A stretch of 63,134 bases of DNA, filler included, from Pelomyxa schiedti (GCA_020536535.1; 12 parts of 12 records of this genome joined end to end with filler, not necessarily neighbours in it); one strand, 5' to 3'. Shown: positions 1-12,951, counted from the whole stretch's first letter. Made by a program: numbers and translations. The notes: generated from the sequence alone by a model not told the origin.

Positions 1-1
1 C

Positions 2-388
2 AGTAGCGGCTGGTGTGCTGTGGACTGCAGTGGGTGTGTTTGTTGTTTGCTGTGTTTGTGCCGCCGGCTGCGTGGCCGCTACTACCGGTCTTTGTTGAGG
101 TGTGGAACTACTACCGGTGCTACTCGCGGTAACGAGGGGGCTGCTCGTGGGCGTTGCGTGCGGGTGAGTGGCAGTTGGCGTCGACGTGGTGGGTGAGTGC
201 GTGGTGGCGATTGTGGGAGACGACGAAACAGCAGCAGTACCACCGCCGGTGGGTGTGCTTGTAGTCGGCGTCGAAGTGGTCGCGGGAGTGGAAGTGACAG
301 GGGCAGCGGCAGTGTGGGAGGTCGACGGCGACGGAGTGGTTAGGCCCGCTGTAGCACGCTTGAACGCATCTGCTGCTCCTTTGAACAT
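2..388 (-). CDS. Ser/Thr/Pro-rich protein, 5' part (runs off window start)
   Basis: ATG at 388 gives MFKGAADAFKRATAGLTTPSPSTS..., open to position 2; divergent from the gene at 637. Confidence 0.5.
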   Translation of the reverse strand, partial: MFKGAADAFKRATAGLTTPSPSTSHTAAAPVTSTPATTSTPTTSTPTGGGTAAVSSSPTIATTHSPTTSTPTATHPHATPTSSPLVTASSTGSSSTPQQRPVVAATQPAAQTQQTTNTPTAVHSTPAAT

Positions 389-636
389 GATGATCTTTCC
401 TCACAACGACCCAGTGTGCGGTCGTAGATTTTTTGAATTTATGCTTCACCTCTTCCCTTTTCCATCAAACTCAGATCCCTTGACAACAACGCAGGGGATT
501 TCTTGTGGGCCGCCTTGAAATCCAAGGTGTCACGCCGTTTGCTTTCATCCTGAATTATTGGGAGAGGACTTCTCCATCAATTGATTCGCATAAGATCCAC
601 AACGCTTTTTGCCAGCAGCAGATTTTCGTGTCATCT

Positions 637-1437
637 ATGAGGAGGCCAACTTTGTGGCTCGGTTGCGGACTAGTTGTGGTAGTACTGGTGCTGTCTACGC
701 TGCCGGCATGCGTTCTCGCTGGTTCGCTACCGCCGAAGGTTGAGCCGCCAAGCACGCCGTCAGTTGCGCCCGTCGAGCACGTGTCGTCGATGCCCGCTCC
801 CAGGCTCCTCTGGGGCGCCACGGTGCTCAACATCGGGCCCCGCCGCGTGCACCACGGGACCCGTGCGGCGGTGCCGGCGGACTTCGACCCGGCCGCGCCG
901 GAGGATTATGGGATGGGCGCCGGGGCGATGACGTCAATGTGCGGTGGCGATAGCTGCAACTGCGGAGGCGACGTGCAACTGCAAGAAAACGGCGGAGCGT
1001 CTGCTTTTGCAAGAAGTGCAAGGTGTGAGGATGTTATGTGTGAGGTGACCTTTACGTTCCCTGTGAGAGAAGAGGGGAGGCCCGATATAGTAAAGTCGAG
1101 GCTCATAGAATGTGGCAATCAGGCTACTTTTGAAGAAGTTACTATCACAGAGGGTGTGTGCTTGCTTGTTTTTATCAGGGTGCTGATAAATTTATAGAGA
1201 GAGCAAGATATACGTATCAAATAACCAAGATATCTATCAAGGACCAAAAAAGTAGTCGCGAACTAACTACAAAGATCGCTCCTTTTGAGGTATGGCTCTT
1301 TTCTTTTGTGTTCAGTGCTGACATCTTACAAAAAGATTGATGGACCAAAGAAACAAGTAGTATTCGAGGTACGGCACCAAGAACAGAGTACCGGCGTTTC
1401 CCTCGTTCAGACAACACACTGATCACCATCACCGTAA
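637..1437 (+). CDS. Hypothetical secreted protein, spliced
   Basis: MRRPTLWLGCGLVVVVLVLSTLPACVLAG signal-like segment and Cys-containing region; probable short GT-AG introns near 1154-1197 and 1290-1336; 3' end approximate. Confidence 0.5.
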
Positions 1438-2972
1438 CATTCCGTTGTACTACATTCAGATAACAGAAAAATTTTTGATTTCCTTCGCCTACCGCAAAGG
1501 CTTTTTTTAGTCAAAGAAGCAAGAGAACGAAAATTTTTTTCGTTTTTTATGTGGAAAAAGGAAGCACAAGGACAAGCAGCAAGGCAGCAGCACACAAGTC
1601 AACAACGCCCGGTCCCCCCGTAATTGTGGGTTGTGTGTTCCGTTGTTGTTGTTATGCTACAATTGCAATTGAATTATGTTAGTTGGCAGTAACCCTGTAG
1701 TGTCGAGTTAGTATGGGAAATAGGAAAGAGACAGTGCTTTCTTATTTGCGGAACTGTACATACACGTGGCAGCTACGACATGTCACATGGTCCCGGCCAT
1801 GGCCCAGTGATGAATGAGAAATTTTGTGGTCAAACTAGGCCACAGCATCGGTATTGCTCTTATTAAATTAAATTATATTCTTACAGAAAGAATACGTATA
1901 GATACGGAGAACATTTCATTTATTCTGGGCTCTGTATCACATTATGCTCAAAAAGAATGCGATGTATAGTTAATTAAAAAGCGTAGTGTCGGTAATGATA
2001 AAATACCCATGTAGACACCCGCCGAACTCGGGCAAGAACTCACTGCATTTATGTCGACTTGGATAGTACAAATGAATCGCAGCCAAGATACTTCTATGCG
2101 AGAAATACAATTAATACAACCAAGTAATATCATCACAAATATAATTTTAGATACTGCGGATCCTTGTGCAGAAACCACTACACACATTCACATGGCATGT
2201 TCATTAAATAAAAAACCTCAGTTGCGTCCTCGACGCGACACCATGTAGGCACGCGTCGGTGTGAGAAACAATACATTACGAATTGTATTATTCTATGCAC
2301 ACACCGCGGTGCCCACATGGTGACACGTTGAGCCCACAACCACATGTGCTTCACTCAAGCAAGAAAGAAAGAGGAAATATTTCTCGATCAAGTTCTGGTA
2401 ATATCTCCTCTTGAAGCGTTGATGAGCATGACCGTTTTAATTTTCCCCACTCCCCTCTTGCACTTATTACGCATTCCCTCCAAACTGTGATTACGTGGTA
2501 TCCTTCTTTCTTTTCTAGTTCTTCTTGGGAGTTGCACTTCATGCTAAACACAAGGACTTATTAGCTTGGTCTGCTGTTGAATGAGAGTCATTGTATAAAC
2601 AGGTTAGTAAAATGAGCCGGTTATTAACGAGTTAGGTAACTCGAGCATGAAATAACTGTGACGGGGGTCACCTGTTAGTCACAGCCTCAAAATTTTCGTG
2701 TGATGGCTCCTCCTCCCATATTTATATTTATTTTTTCCCACACAGTTGTGAATTCTGGAGGCTGTGACCCAGCAAATTACGTGAGATGTCCTTGATTGTT
2801 TATATATATATATGCTCGCAAAAACCAGGAACAAGGTTTATTTCAATATTGATTTTTTCCCTGTTGTGCTCAACACGCTCTAGGATTACAAAGAAAAACA
2901 AAAACCCCCCAAAATACCATAAAACGTAGGTAGTAAATTTTCTAGCGTAGAGAACTGAGAAAAAAAAAGTTT

Positions 2973-3044
2973 CCCGCTGTGCAGGGATCGAACCTCCGAC
3001 CCTTGGATCCGAAGTCCAATACTCTTCCTCTGAGTTAACAGCGC
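2973..3044 (-). tRNA. tRNA-Arg(TCG), with stem mismatches
   Basis: Cloverleaf with anticodon arm TTGGA-CTTCGGA-TCCAA, TTCGATC T-loop and downstream T-run; G:G mismatches at pair 1:72 and in the T-stem. Confidence 0.8.
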
Positions 3045-3143
3045 TTGCAAAAACGTCTCGCGGATAAACAAGCAAATTTGACATGCCGGGCCCTTTATGC
3101 CAACGCGTAGGTTAACAACCTAACTCAGATTTTTATGGTGCAA

Positions 3144-3215
3144 GGCTCCGTAGTATAATGGTTAGTATGGGAGATTTTGGCTCTCTTGATCTCAGTTCGA
3201 TTCTGAGCGGGGCCA
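3144..3215 (+). tRNA. tRNA-Gln(TTG)
   Basis: GGCTCCG/CGGGGCC acceptor stem, GGAGA-TTTTGGC-TCTCT anticodon arm, CTCAG-TTCGATT-CTGAG T arm, T-run after. Confidence 0.93.
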
Positions 3216-3394
3216 GTACATTTTTATTTTGTTGTGCTACAACATTGTTGTGGTCTCTGTTGCGGGTTGTAAAAAGAAGGGCGTCAGATTCTGAGTGGAA
3301 CCAGGATTTTGGTCTTTCCGTCATAGTCTAATTAGTAAAATTCATCCTAGACTGAAGCCACTTTGTTTGGTTGGTTTGAAACCACCCTCCCAAC

Positions 3395-3643
3395 ATGACA
3401 AAAACTGGATTATGGGTTCTGTCTGGTTTGTTTCTCTTCATCCATCATGGGTATTCCTCCGTTTGTTTCAATCTGTTTAGTTGCCCTGTACAGTACGACT
3501 TCCAAACCTCTCCATCAAACACGAAGTTAAAGTTGGTCTGCAAACCCTCTCCTTGTGCACTGTCTCTGTTGAGTTCCAAACACAAAGAATGCGTGAGTGG
3601 TACCTGTTACCGGCCACGTTCTGATTCTGTTGCTTTGTACTGA
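3395..3643 (+). CDS. Possible small secreted Cys-rich peptide (82 aa)
   Basis: Hydrophobic N-terminus ending ...GYS, followed by six Cys; could be a chance ORF. Confidence 0.25.
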   Translation: MTKTGLWVLSGLFLFIHHGYSSVCFNLFSCPVQYDFQTSPSNTKLKLVCKPSPCALSLLSSKHKECVSGTCYRPRSDSVALY

Positions 3644-3778
3644 GGTCTGGAGTGGTTTGCAAAGGGAATTTGAGAGCACTGTCGAAATCGTGCCCCTCGT
3701 TTTCGCCACCAGGCTGTTGATTCATCAAGCAGAATTTTTCTTTGAAAAAAACCCTTGCTGATTTCGGTAGTGATAGTT

Positions 3779-5003
3779 TTACATTAGTCCTGGGTAGAAC
3801 AAGGCAGCAGGAAGTGGTACACTCCAAAGCACTGCGCATGTAGTGAGGTCTATGGCACTCATTGTTGGGTTGGACATAGTCTTGGTGGTTGTGGAGAGAT
3901 AGGCGATGGAGAAGTCCTCACTCAGTGTCAACCCAGCTCCACAGGGGTCTCCCTTGGGTGATTTGCATATTGGTGTGAGTTCACCTGCGATTCCAGGTCA
4001 GTTATAGAAAAGGGGGAATTAGGATGCACACCGGTTGTGAAATTAATCGACGAAATCCACCAATCATCTTTTGTTTATAAGTCCTTATTGAGTGTACACT
4101 TTGGAAGAAAGAGTACCTGTGGCACAGAGAAGCCTGTCATTCTTGTCATCATAGGCCAACGTAATTTCGGATGTTATAGCGGGAACCTTGTAAACAAGTA
4201 AGGGCTCCAGATACAAAAACCTGGTCCTTGTACCTCACGGACTATTTTCCCGGTATCGACGTCTATAAAAACGTAGTTGTCAGTGTAATCACCAAACTTA
4301 AACATCAAGGAATGAATGTAGAATCGATTAGCCGGGCTCCAGCTACATAATACAGTGAGAGGGGAAAAGAATCCGGAGAAGTAAGATACGTATAGGCGTT
4401 GTCAGTATATCCGATATATCCAGAAAATGTGGTTATTGGAGTACATCCACCATCTTCATCTAGTAGGCACAGCACGATGTCTCCAGAGGGGAGGATCCCA
4501 ATAGAGTATCTAAATGAGGGATCATGAAAAAGGTAAGAAGATGCCAATCTCCACACACAAATTTGGGCCGTCCCAAATAAACCCATCCGGCATAATAACG
4601 CCACCAGCATATACATCTGAGAGCCTTTCTCCACTCACCAGATCATAGGAATATATCGACCCGGTGTTATCAATCCAATAAGTACCGTTGTTCCTGTTGA
4701 CAGCGCCAGCATCAAGCAGCATGTCTGGTAGCTCACGTATCACCTTCGCAGTTTTTATTTTATGTTCATAACAGACAACAAAGAAGACCCAGCACCCCAA
4801 AACTATTAATTGCTCTCAAAAGTTCATAGTTATAGTTGTTAGCTATTGAATGGGCTCACATTGTATTCGCCAGTGACAGTGTCGATTTCAATCAACGGGC
4901 ACTTGAAATTGGTGTATTCTTCAGCCACACCGATGCCAACAATCTCCCCATAACAACTAACAACACAAACCACAACAACCAATAGCAAGCCGCTTATCTT
5001 CAT
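3779..5003 (-). CDS. Hypothetical secreted, beta-rich (propeller-like) protein, multi-intron
   Basis: MKISGLLLVVVVCVVSCYG signal peptide; exons in ORFs 4522-4800 and 4305-4634; last exon ...SAIDLTTCAVLWSVPLPAALFYPGLM* ends at 3779. Confidence 0.6.
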
Positions 5004-5159
5004 CAACTCGCTTCGATCAAAAAAAACCGAAAAAAGCAAAGAATCAATCAAAAATATTTTGCCGATTCATTAGGCAGAATCAATGTGTTTATTTTGTGGG
5101 CTTGGTGCACTAGAGCATTTTGCTCTGTCACTATCAGCAAGGTGGAGATGGGTTTGTGT

Positions 5160-7344
5160 TTAGGGATTCTGTTGTGGGAGTGGTGTTTGGGGTGCACTGG
5201 CAGATGCCGGTGTTGAAGTTGTGGTTGTGGTTGTCGTTGTGGTGTCAACGCGCTTCTTTATTGCTGGGGGTCTGTTGATTTCCTCGAGCGTGAGTTCTTC
5301 CTCTCGCTTACGTTGTATTGGCTCTTCCTTTTCCGGCTCCTCGTCCTTCATTGCTCTGTTGGCGGATTCTCCCGATTCCGCATTCCCGCCTGTTGCTTGC
5401 TCCTGGGCACCACCGGCTCCCCTTCCCCTTCCCCTGCCCCAGCCACCTCGGTGTCCCCCTCTACCGCCTCTATCTCCGCCGCGGAACCCGCCTCTGCCTC
5501 CCCTTTGCCCTCTGAATCCTCCTCTGCCGCCTCTGCCTCCTCGGCCTCCGCCTTCTCCCCCTCTATAACCCCCTCTATGTGCACCTCCTCTGCCAGTCCA
5601 AGATTTATCCTCCAACTTCTTCTTGGACTTCTCAATGGCACCATTTATTCTCTCGTTTGCGGTTTTTTGTTCATCACCTGAAATGCATGAGTACTTAGTG
5701 TATTGGCAGATAGGTTGGTTACCTGTTACAATGGCAACATCTGTTACGCATACATGCTCATTCTCTAATTTGTGATTCCCAACTAGTGACCGGGCTACTG
5801 CGGAACTAGCCTCACTGGGTTTGCAAAAACGCACGTATTGAACAGGCCTGGTCCGGTTTATGTCCAAGTAATTAAGGGGTCCATATAGGCGGAAGAGATC
5901 CCATATCTTGGAGCGGTATGCTAACCACTCTTTCACTGCCTCCGCGGACACATCTGGTTTTGGAACAGCCGGAGGTTCTTCTTTGGGAGTTTCACTGGCA
6001 GTTGAGTTGGTTGCTGGCACAGATGGGGTATTTGGTTTGGGTAATGCAAACTGTTACCGGTAATTAGTACAAAAAGAAGAGAAATACCCTACCTTCTCGG
6101 GGAGAACAAGTTTAAATCGAAGTAAAGCACCCGTTACATAATTTCCACTCTCCGAAGATGGTCCCTCTTCCGGGAACTGGGTACCTCTTCCTCTCCCTCT
6201 TCCTCTTCCTCTGCCTCTATCACTAAAGTTCCTCTCACCAAAGTCCCTCTCACCGTAGTCACTTCTTCCTCCTCCCCGACCTACAGGTAGGTCTTTTGGT
6301 TTCCAGCCTGTACTGCCCCTGCCTCGGCCTCCACTCCCTCCTAATTTATAAGGAGCCGCTGTATGAAATAGCTCTTGAAAAACACTGTTGGCAGCCTGTG
6401 AAGTTGGTAATTGTTAAGTTGGTTATTAGGTAAGTAAGTTACCTTTAGAAGGGAAAATTCCTCTACGGAACCATCTTTCCGTTTTATCCAATAGCACTTT
6501 GTTGATGGATACTCCTTTGAGAAGCCCAGATAAATGTTTCCCACACCACATCCGATCTTCTCCGTGGCGTGGGGGTGGTACTTCAGAACATCCACAACAA
6601 CGCTTGTATCAGCCTCGTTCAACTTCTCATCAGTGTCATACCGTATGTGCAGGGACTCACTGAAAGAAAGATATGTATTTAGCAATGAATAAATATAGCG
6701 GCAATAAATAAATAACAATAAAAAAAGGGGTGATGCAGGCATCATCCTTTGGAATCTTGTAACCACAAGTGCAACAACCCTTAAAAAAAAAAACAAATAA
6801 TAATAATAAAAATAGCAACAATGGAAAAGCGGTCATACAGAAAGCGCCCCAAGGATCCCGCATTTGTGAAAGTCATCCCGCCCAGTGACACCGGTGCCTG
6901 CTGTGCATCGCCCACAGTCCCTGCCCCTGCCCCTGCCCCCGCCGACGCCGACGCCGACGACATTGGGTGGGCTTCAGCAGGACCCTCTACGCCGTGCTCA
7001 AAGTAGTCCCCTTCGTCGCCATCGCCATCGCCTTCGCCATCACCGCCGTCGCCGTCGGCGAGGACTTCATCCTCGGCCTCCTCCTCCTCAGCGACCACCT
7101 CGGGGCCGTTTCCAACGCCACCTAGTGCCGCCTTCATCGCGTCCAAGAGCGACGCCGAAGCAGAAGAAGACGACGACGGCGACGGCGACGACTTGTCGTC
7201 ACTCGCCGGGGGTGTAGCCGCCGTCGTCGGCGTGGTCGCAGGCGCCGGAGAAGTGGTTGTTGTTGTTGGTGCTGCCGCCGTTTCTGTCTGGGGATCTGGC
7301 TGCTGTGCCGTCGTGGTGCTGGCTGGTGTCGCTGTTTCGGACAT
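5160..7344 (-). CDS. DUF3223 (DCL/DeCL-like) + RGG + La-type RRM-like + RGG RNA-binding protein, multi-exon
   Basis: PVSLGGMTF...VLKYHPHATEKIGCGV...KCYWIKRKDGSVEEFS matches the DUF3223 pattern; YGPLNYLDINRTRPVQYVRF resembles La RRM2; RGG tracts at about 6180-6340 and 5410-5600. Confidence 0.7.
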
Positions 7345-7620
7345 TGTTGGGGATGTGTTTTTTTTAAAAAGAAAGGCTTGAAATTTTGGGTAATTTATCT
7401 GTTAGTTTTTTCCTAGCCCAGATAACAACGAGAATGACTGGAGTCAGTCAATCACCTTGCCTGGTATCAAGGACATATGGTGGCCACCAATCACGGTAGG
7501 GCAGGTGAGGTAGGTACGCCAGTGGCGTGTATGAACCTGTCAGGAATGCCCATGTGTCCTGGAACTCTTGGTATATCTCGGCATCACCAGAGCTTGAACT
7601 GGGTGTATGGGTGTACATTA

Positions 7621-7720
7621 NNNNNNNNNNNNNNNNNNNNNNNNNNNNNNNNNNNNNNNNNNNNTTAATTAATTAANNNNNNNNNNNNNNNNNNNNNNNN
7701 NNNNNNNNNNNNNNNNNNNN
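7621..7720. other. Artificial contig linker (N44-TTAATTAATTAA-N44)
   Basis: The same linker recurs at 17329, 32093, 34867, 41612, 52986, 54299, 57666, 58809, 59992 and 61776; it has stops in all frames. Confidence 0.97.
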
Positions 7721-8336
7721 ATTTCCAATCAATATTTCTACCAGGGAGAATCTAAGTTTCACCAGTTTTGCAATGCAAATTCGTGGTAAGAGAGACCCAA
7801 TCAATGAAAAACGAAACGCTGTGCACGTGGAAGCAGAACACCTGAGGTTGTTGAAACGAAAGCTCCACACCCATTGGACAAGCAATTAAAAATTATTATC
7901 CCCCCTCACATCAAAAAAGGGGAAAAAAAAAAAAAGCCGTTCCCTCCGCCACAACAACCTCCTCCTCGTGATTCGTCGCGGCTGCTATGACTAGTAGCCA
8001 CATCACTCCATCAACACCTGTTAATAAATACACTCGCCGCACCATACGCCGCCGACGACGATCGACGCGCCTTTGTTAGTCCCTCCTCTTATGGAGTCGT
8101 ATCTCCGATTTGATTCTTTCTTTCACCTTTGATTGTTTCTACTCACACTTTTTGTGTGGTTAACGGTCACCGCAGCAACTCCTTTATCTCGTGTCTTCAC
8201 CTCAGTGTAGTGAGTGGGGTGGATGAGTGAGTCATTTCGGTCCCCATTTGTCTGCAGACTGCCCAAAAAAAGATTTTAGGCATACACACGAGACGAAAAC
8301 GATTCGTGTTGCACGAAGTCTGTGTCACAGGCCATC

Positions 8337-9540
8337 ATGACAAGTGAGTTTCAGGTCGGCCCTGTTGATGTGTTGGCCAGCACCACCGTCCGAGACCAGA
8401 TGGGCGCCCTGGCCGCTGCGGCCACGGTCGGGCGGTGCGGGGCGGGGAGCCCCATGGTGGCCGCCATGGGCCGCGGCCACGCCGCCTGGCTCGTCCGCTC
8501 CCTGTGGTCCGACCTCGTCCGCCCCACCCTGCGCCTGTTTGTGGTCGACGTGACAGGGGTGTGCCTGCGGGGCCCAGACACCGCCCGCAGGGTGCCCCAC
8601 GGCGCCTCCTTCCGGCTCTCCCCGCTGCTCCTGGGCGTAGCCTGCGGCCCTCGGCTTCCCCCCACCCCCTATGGGACTACTCGCGTTGGCCCCGGCAGTA
8701 TCTCGCTGTGGCTGCACCGCGGCCGAGGGATGCTTGCCGTCTGCGACCTGCTGGCCAACTCCATGCCCAGAAGGGAGGCCGTGCCCGTGACCAATGCACC
8801 GTGGGATGGCCACGTGGTCGGATCCAGGTGGGCAGCTGCTGTCGGGAGAACAAGGAATACAGTGGCATCAGCCAAGGCACCGAGGTGAGCTTGACTGTTG
8901 CAGAGATGATTCGCGGGGTGGCTGTGTCTGCTGGCGGTTGCCTTTGTGGTTGCGGCGATGACGAGGACCTTGGATACACTGTTGTTGTGGGTGTGCCGCA
9001 GTTCGCGGGCAGTGAGGGCCGAGTGCAAATGTTCCCGGACCAGTCAGTCGAGAGCGAGGTCATTGTCACTCACTCCACGGCCAACCGCACCCTGATTCTG
9101 GTTGTTGATGTGGAGCAGACAACAGCAGGAGCCTGGCTGTGCTAAGCACAACGAGGTGTGAGTTCCCCCCGGGCTACTTGTTTCAGTATCTCGTTGTGAT
9201 GAGGAACTGGGGCCAGTGTTCTTCTTCACCTTTTGGGTCGCACACGTTCATTGTCACAACGCATTTCAAGCGTTCATTTTATGAAGTGTTCCGTGTGCAG
9301 GAACACACTGCCATTTTGATGCCAATCATGCGCCACGTGTCTGGTGTCTTCAGTCAGTCCGACTCTCTGTTCTGTCTCTCATTCTATGCCAAGAAACTGC
9401 GGGATTATTTCCATCTCTACCACTTTGGGACCAAACTCACCCACATGACATTGCTCAGTCCTTCCCATACCCCAAGTCCTGCAAGCGAGTCAAAGCGAAA
9501 AGGTTCCTGGCAAAGTCTGGGCTCATGTTCCGAGTGTTAG
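8337..9540 (+). pseudogene. Member of the expanded 'QxxA..RCG.SP..LW' family, apparently frameshifted
   Basis: VRDQMGALAAAATVGRCGAGSP...LW motif; similarity continues across three different frames (8322, 8435, 9139 ORFs). Confidence 0.55.
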
Positions 9541-9772
9541 TCAGCAACGTCATTGAGGTTATTGAGCCAAAAACTGGGTTTCTGTGCCTCACAATCGGTT
9601 TCAAGTCAATCGAGGTTCCAACAACACCCTTCTCCTGTTGGGTGTATTGATTGTTCTCGCTTTTTCTTGGTACTGGTGTGCATCACACAACAGCACCATA
9701 AGGAACACCTCCGAGTGAGTACTAGAACCCGAGTAACTGGACATGTACAAACAGATGAAAAAAGAAAATTAG

Positions 9773-9844
9773 TGGCCCCGCTCAGAATCGAACTGAGATC
9801 AAGAGAGCCAAAATCTCCCATACTAACCATTATACTACGGAGCC
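9773..9844 (-). tRNA. tRNA-Gln(TTG)
   Basis: Reverse complement is identical to the copy at 3144-3215. Confidence 0.93.
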
Positions 9845-9946
9845 TCTGCCTGTTCTTGTCTCTCAAGTTGACGGCGCCTAGAACACCTTGGATAAGGCAC
9901 AAACAGTTGAATGGGCCCTCGTTTCTGCGGGCGGTCCTTCAGAAAT

Positions 9947-10036
9947 GCTCTGGTAGCTCAGTTGGTTAGAGCGCGGTACTTATAAGAACAGTATTGAGTC
10001 ATGCTGAGGTCGTGGGTTCGATCCCCACCCGGAGCA
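9947..10036 (+). tRNA. tRNA-Ile(TAT) with 16-nt intron
   Basis: GCTCTGG/CCGGAGC acceptor stem; CTTATA then intron AGAACAGTATTGAGTC at the canonical 37/38 site; GTGGG-TTCGATC-CCCAC T arm; T-run after. Confidence 0.92.
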
Positions 10037-10542
10037 TAATTTTTTGTGGAGTTCGGTGTTGGTGTTCCAAATGTTGGATTCTCTATTCACGGTTGATTAT
10101 GAATCAATGCGGGATCAATGAGACACAGATAAGACAGTATCAACAGCCTGCTATGAGCATGAATGGTTGATACGAGAAGAGAAGAAAAACCAGTTCGGCT
10201 TTCCGGCGCTGGATATTTGACAAAGTAGTTGCCCAGAATCAGCAGCGATCACATCACCTGTGGATAGCATAACACTTCCAAGTGGCTCATACTGGCTGGT
10301 TTCCAAAAAGATAGAATCTTCCTTGAAAGTTGCCATGAACGCCCTCAGTCCGATGTTGTCCGTGGCAATGTACGGCTTGTTGCTCACTTCCCCGAGGTAG
10401 TTGTGGGACCTATGTGTGCTTGCGTTAATAGGAAGTGGAAGACAAGTGAGAAAGGGTGGCAACCGTGATAACACTGTTACAAGTGAATCGGTTTGCTTGA
10501 TATAGGCAATAACTTCGCCGGTCATATTGGCACAGCAGGATG

Positions 10543-12951
10543 TTATCCCACCATCGGGTGTAACTGGGTAATGTTGAGTTTCATAAATAGTAGTGGGCAG
10601 GCATCATTACCTTGGGGCACAAAGTAAGCTCTGGGTGAGTTATCAAATGAGACAATAAGTGTTGCGTCTGCAGGAGGCTCCGTCATAAGAGTATCTGCGG
10701 AACAGGGGGCCAATGTAGTGAGACTCCTCCTGGTGTGGCGCCGGAATGGGTTCGCCCAATTGGAGGAGGAGATGAGAGGCTGTGCGGGTGGGGGAACGGA
10801 AGAGAATTCTGGAATTGCTCTGTGAGGGAAGAAGAAAAATAAGAGAGCGACTCCGAAATCAAGAAAAGCGGTGCATGCGAGCATGCCCCACATGATGCGG
10901 AATCCTCTTGTAGTTGGCCAAATTTCAGTGTTATCAGCACATGAAGAGGCGCTGCTTCCCGACCCATTGCTGCAGCTGCCTGTTGTTGAAACGACTTCCA
11001 CAGAGTTCTGGTCCATAACAGCGTTTATCAAAATCGGGCCCAGTGCTTGCCCAAAGAAACGTACACATTGCAGAAAACTCATTGCTGCCGGGTAGTACTT
11101 CTCTGGAACAAAGTGCCTATTATGATAATTAATCATATGTTAAAATTATTTATATTAGTGTGATAAGATTTGAACTGCAACACACAACGAACGCACCCAA
11201 GTGCAGAAACCGCAGGGATACTTGCAAATACAAATGCAGCACCGAGGAAAGCCTCCAGCACGGCAGTCAGCCAGACTGTGCAAACAGGCATGAAAAGAAG
11301 AAATAGTACGCCAAGAGCAAGTGCACCCAAGGCAAGCATCAGAACCACCCACGTCTTTCTCTTTGACAGCTTTGCCACAACAAATCCGAACACAATGTAC
11401 TCAAGGGGAACAATGCTCATAAGAAGCCCGGCTTTCCACGCCTCTTCAATCCCCAAGCCATTGGTTGGAGACCCTGGAGGGGCCTCAATGAAGAATGGCA
11501 TGAGTTGGTAAAACGCATTCGATGACAGAGCAGATAAAGTTCCAACTGTAAAAGGTGGTGAGTTCAGAAAAGAATCAAAGATAGAGAAAACGAACTTGCG
11601 GAAATGACCATCATTGATGGTCCCAATAAGACAACCATAGAGAGCAGAACAGCCTTGTTTTGGTATTCTCTTCCAAGCTCCCAAATGGCAAAAGACCAAC
11701 AGAGGCATGCACTCAGTAAAAATCCAAATATGGTCGACACTGAAGACCAACCCCACACATCTCCTTCAGTGATGGAGAGCATCAAGAAAAGAGATGAGAT
11801 GCCAAGTTGAAGACACCCCAGCCAATCGATGTGGGCTTCCTGGGAATACATAGGGTTGTTAAGCTTGCATTGGGGGAAAATCAGCAAGGCGGTAGTACCT
11901 TCTTTACATTGGACAGAGGCATCACTTTCTCGCACTTTGGTAACAAAGATATCAGCAGCAAACCGAGCGGAATGAGGATACAAAAGGCAACAACAAAAAA
12001 GAGATAGTGCCAGTCCATTACTGACACCAAGATGCCACCAAGTATCAATCCCACAGCAATGCCCGTGCCACCCATTGAGAATACAATCGCATCCGACCCT
12101 GGAGGGCCATACTCCCGTGCATCAGACAGAGCAACGCAAGCCATTCCGGCACAGCCACCCTGTTAAGGTTAAGCCAATTAGAAACTGAACCGCGAGGAGA
12201 GAGCCACATGCCTGCAGGAATCTGCACACTATGAGGAAGAAAATATTCGGTGAGAAACCGGCAGCAACGGTGGAGATGAAGTAGAATATTAGAGTTCCAA
12301 TCATCACGTTCTTGTTGCCAAACTGCCTCCCCAGCTGAACCAGGACTGGCACTGTCACAACCCCGCTCATCATGAATCCAGACTGAACCCATCCTTTTTT
12401 TTTAATTAAAAAAATCAAACATATATTTACTTTATGCAAATTACACTGCCAAATCCGCAAACAAAAAAATGCATAAAACCAACAAACGCCACGGGCAGCA
12501 TACAACAAAAAGGACGAGGACGAGAACATACCGACGTACTCGAGGCCCCACTCGTTTGCTATCTCAGGTGTGGCCGACACAAGCATCAGCTCCTGCGACA
12601 TCATGAGCACGTTCAAGCACGCCAGCACCATCACGTGCGCCGTGTTGAGCTTCATCGTCGTCGCCGTGGCCGTGGCCGTCGGCGGCGGCGCGGCGCCCCC
12701 TCCTCCTCGCTCGGTCTCTTTCTCTCCCGCATTGCCCTGTCCCTGTACTTGCCCTTCCCCGGGCCCTTGCCCATTCCCTTTCCCATTCCCATCCCCTCGC
12801 GGGGCAGTGGGGACCCCGCGCGGGCGCAGGGGGTGCCGCCTGCTGGTGCTGATGCAGGCGCCCCTCCCAACAGCAGCGGGGACTGCTCGTCGTCGTCGTG
12901 GTGGTCCCCCACTTGCTGGGTGCCCCGCTCGGCGTGGTGGCTCGTGGACAT
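10543..12951 (-). CDS. MFS transporter (drug:H+ antiporter-like, probably 14-TMS), multi-intron
   Basis: LVSATPEIANEW, QLGRQFGNKNV (motif-A-like), LIVCRFLQACG, GLILGGILV, IDWLG and FFGQALG; many TM segments; N-terminal EQSPLL is in a different frame from the ATG at 12655; may extend to 10151. Confidence 0.8.

Noticed and set aside
1762-2348. MITE bounded by CAC(G/A)TG-rich ends
   Set aside because: The end similarity is weak, with no clear TSD or second copy
7665-7676. Recurrent TTAATTAATTAA as a biological repeat or piggyBac site
   Set aside because: Always centred in identical N padding; it is an artificial concatenation spacer, so adjacency across it is meaningless
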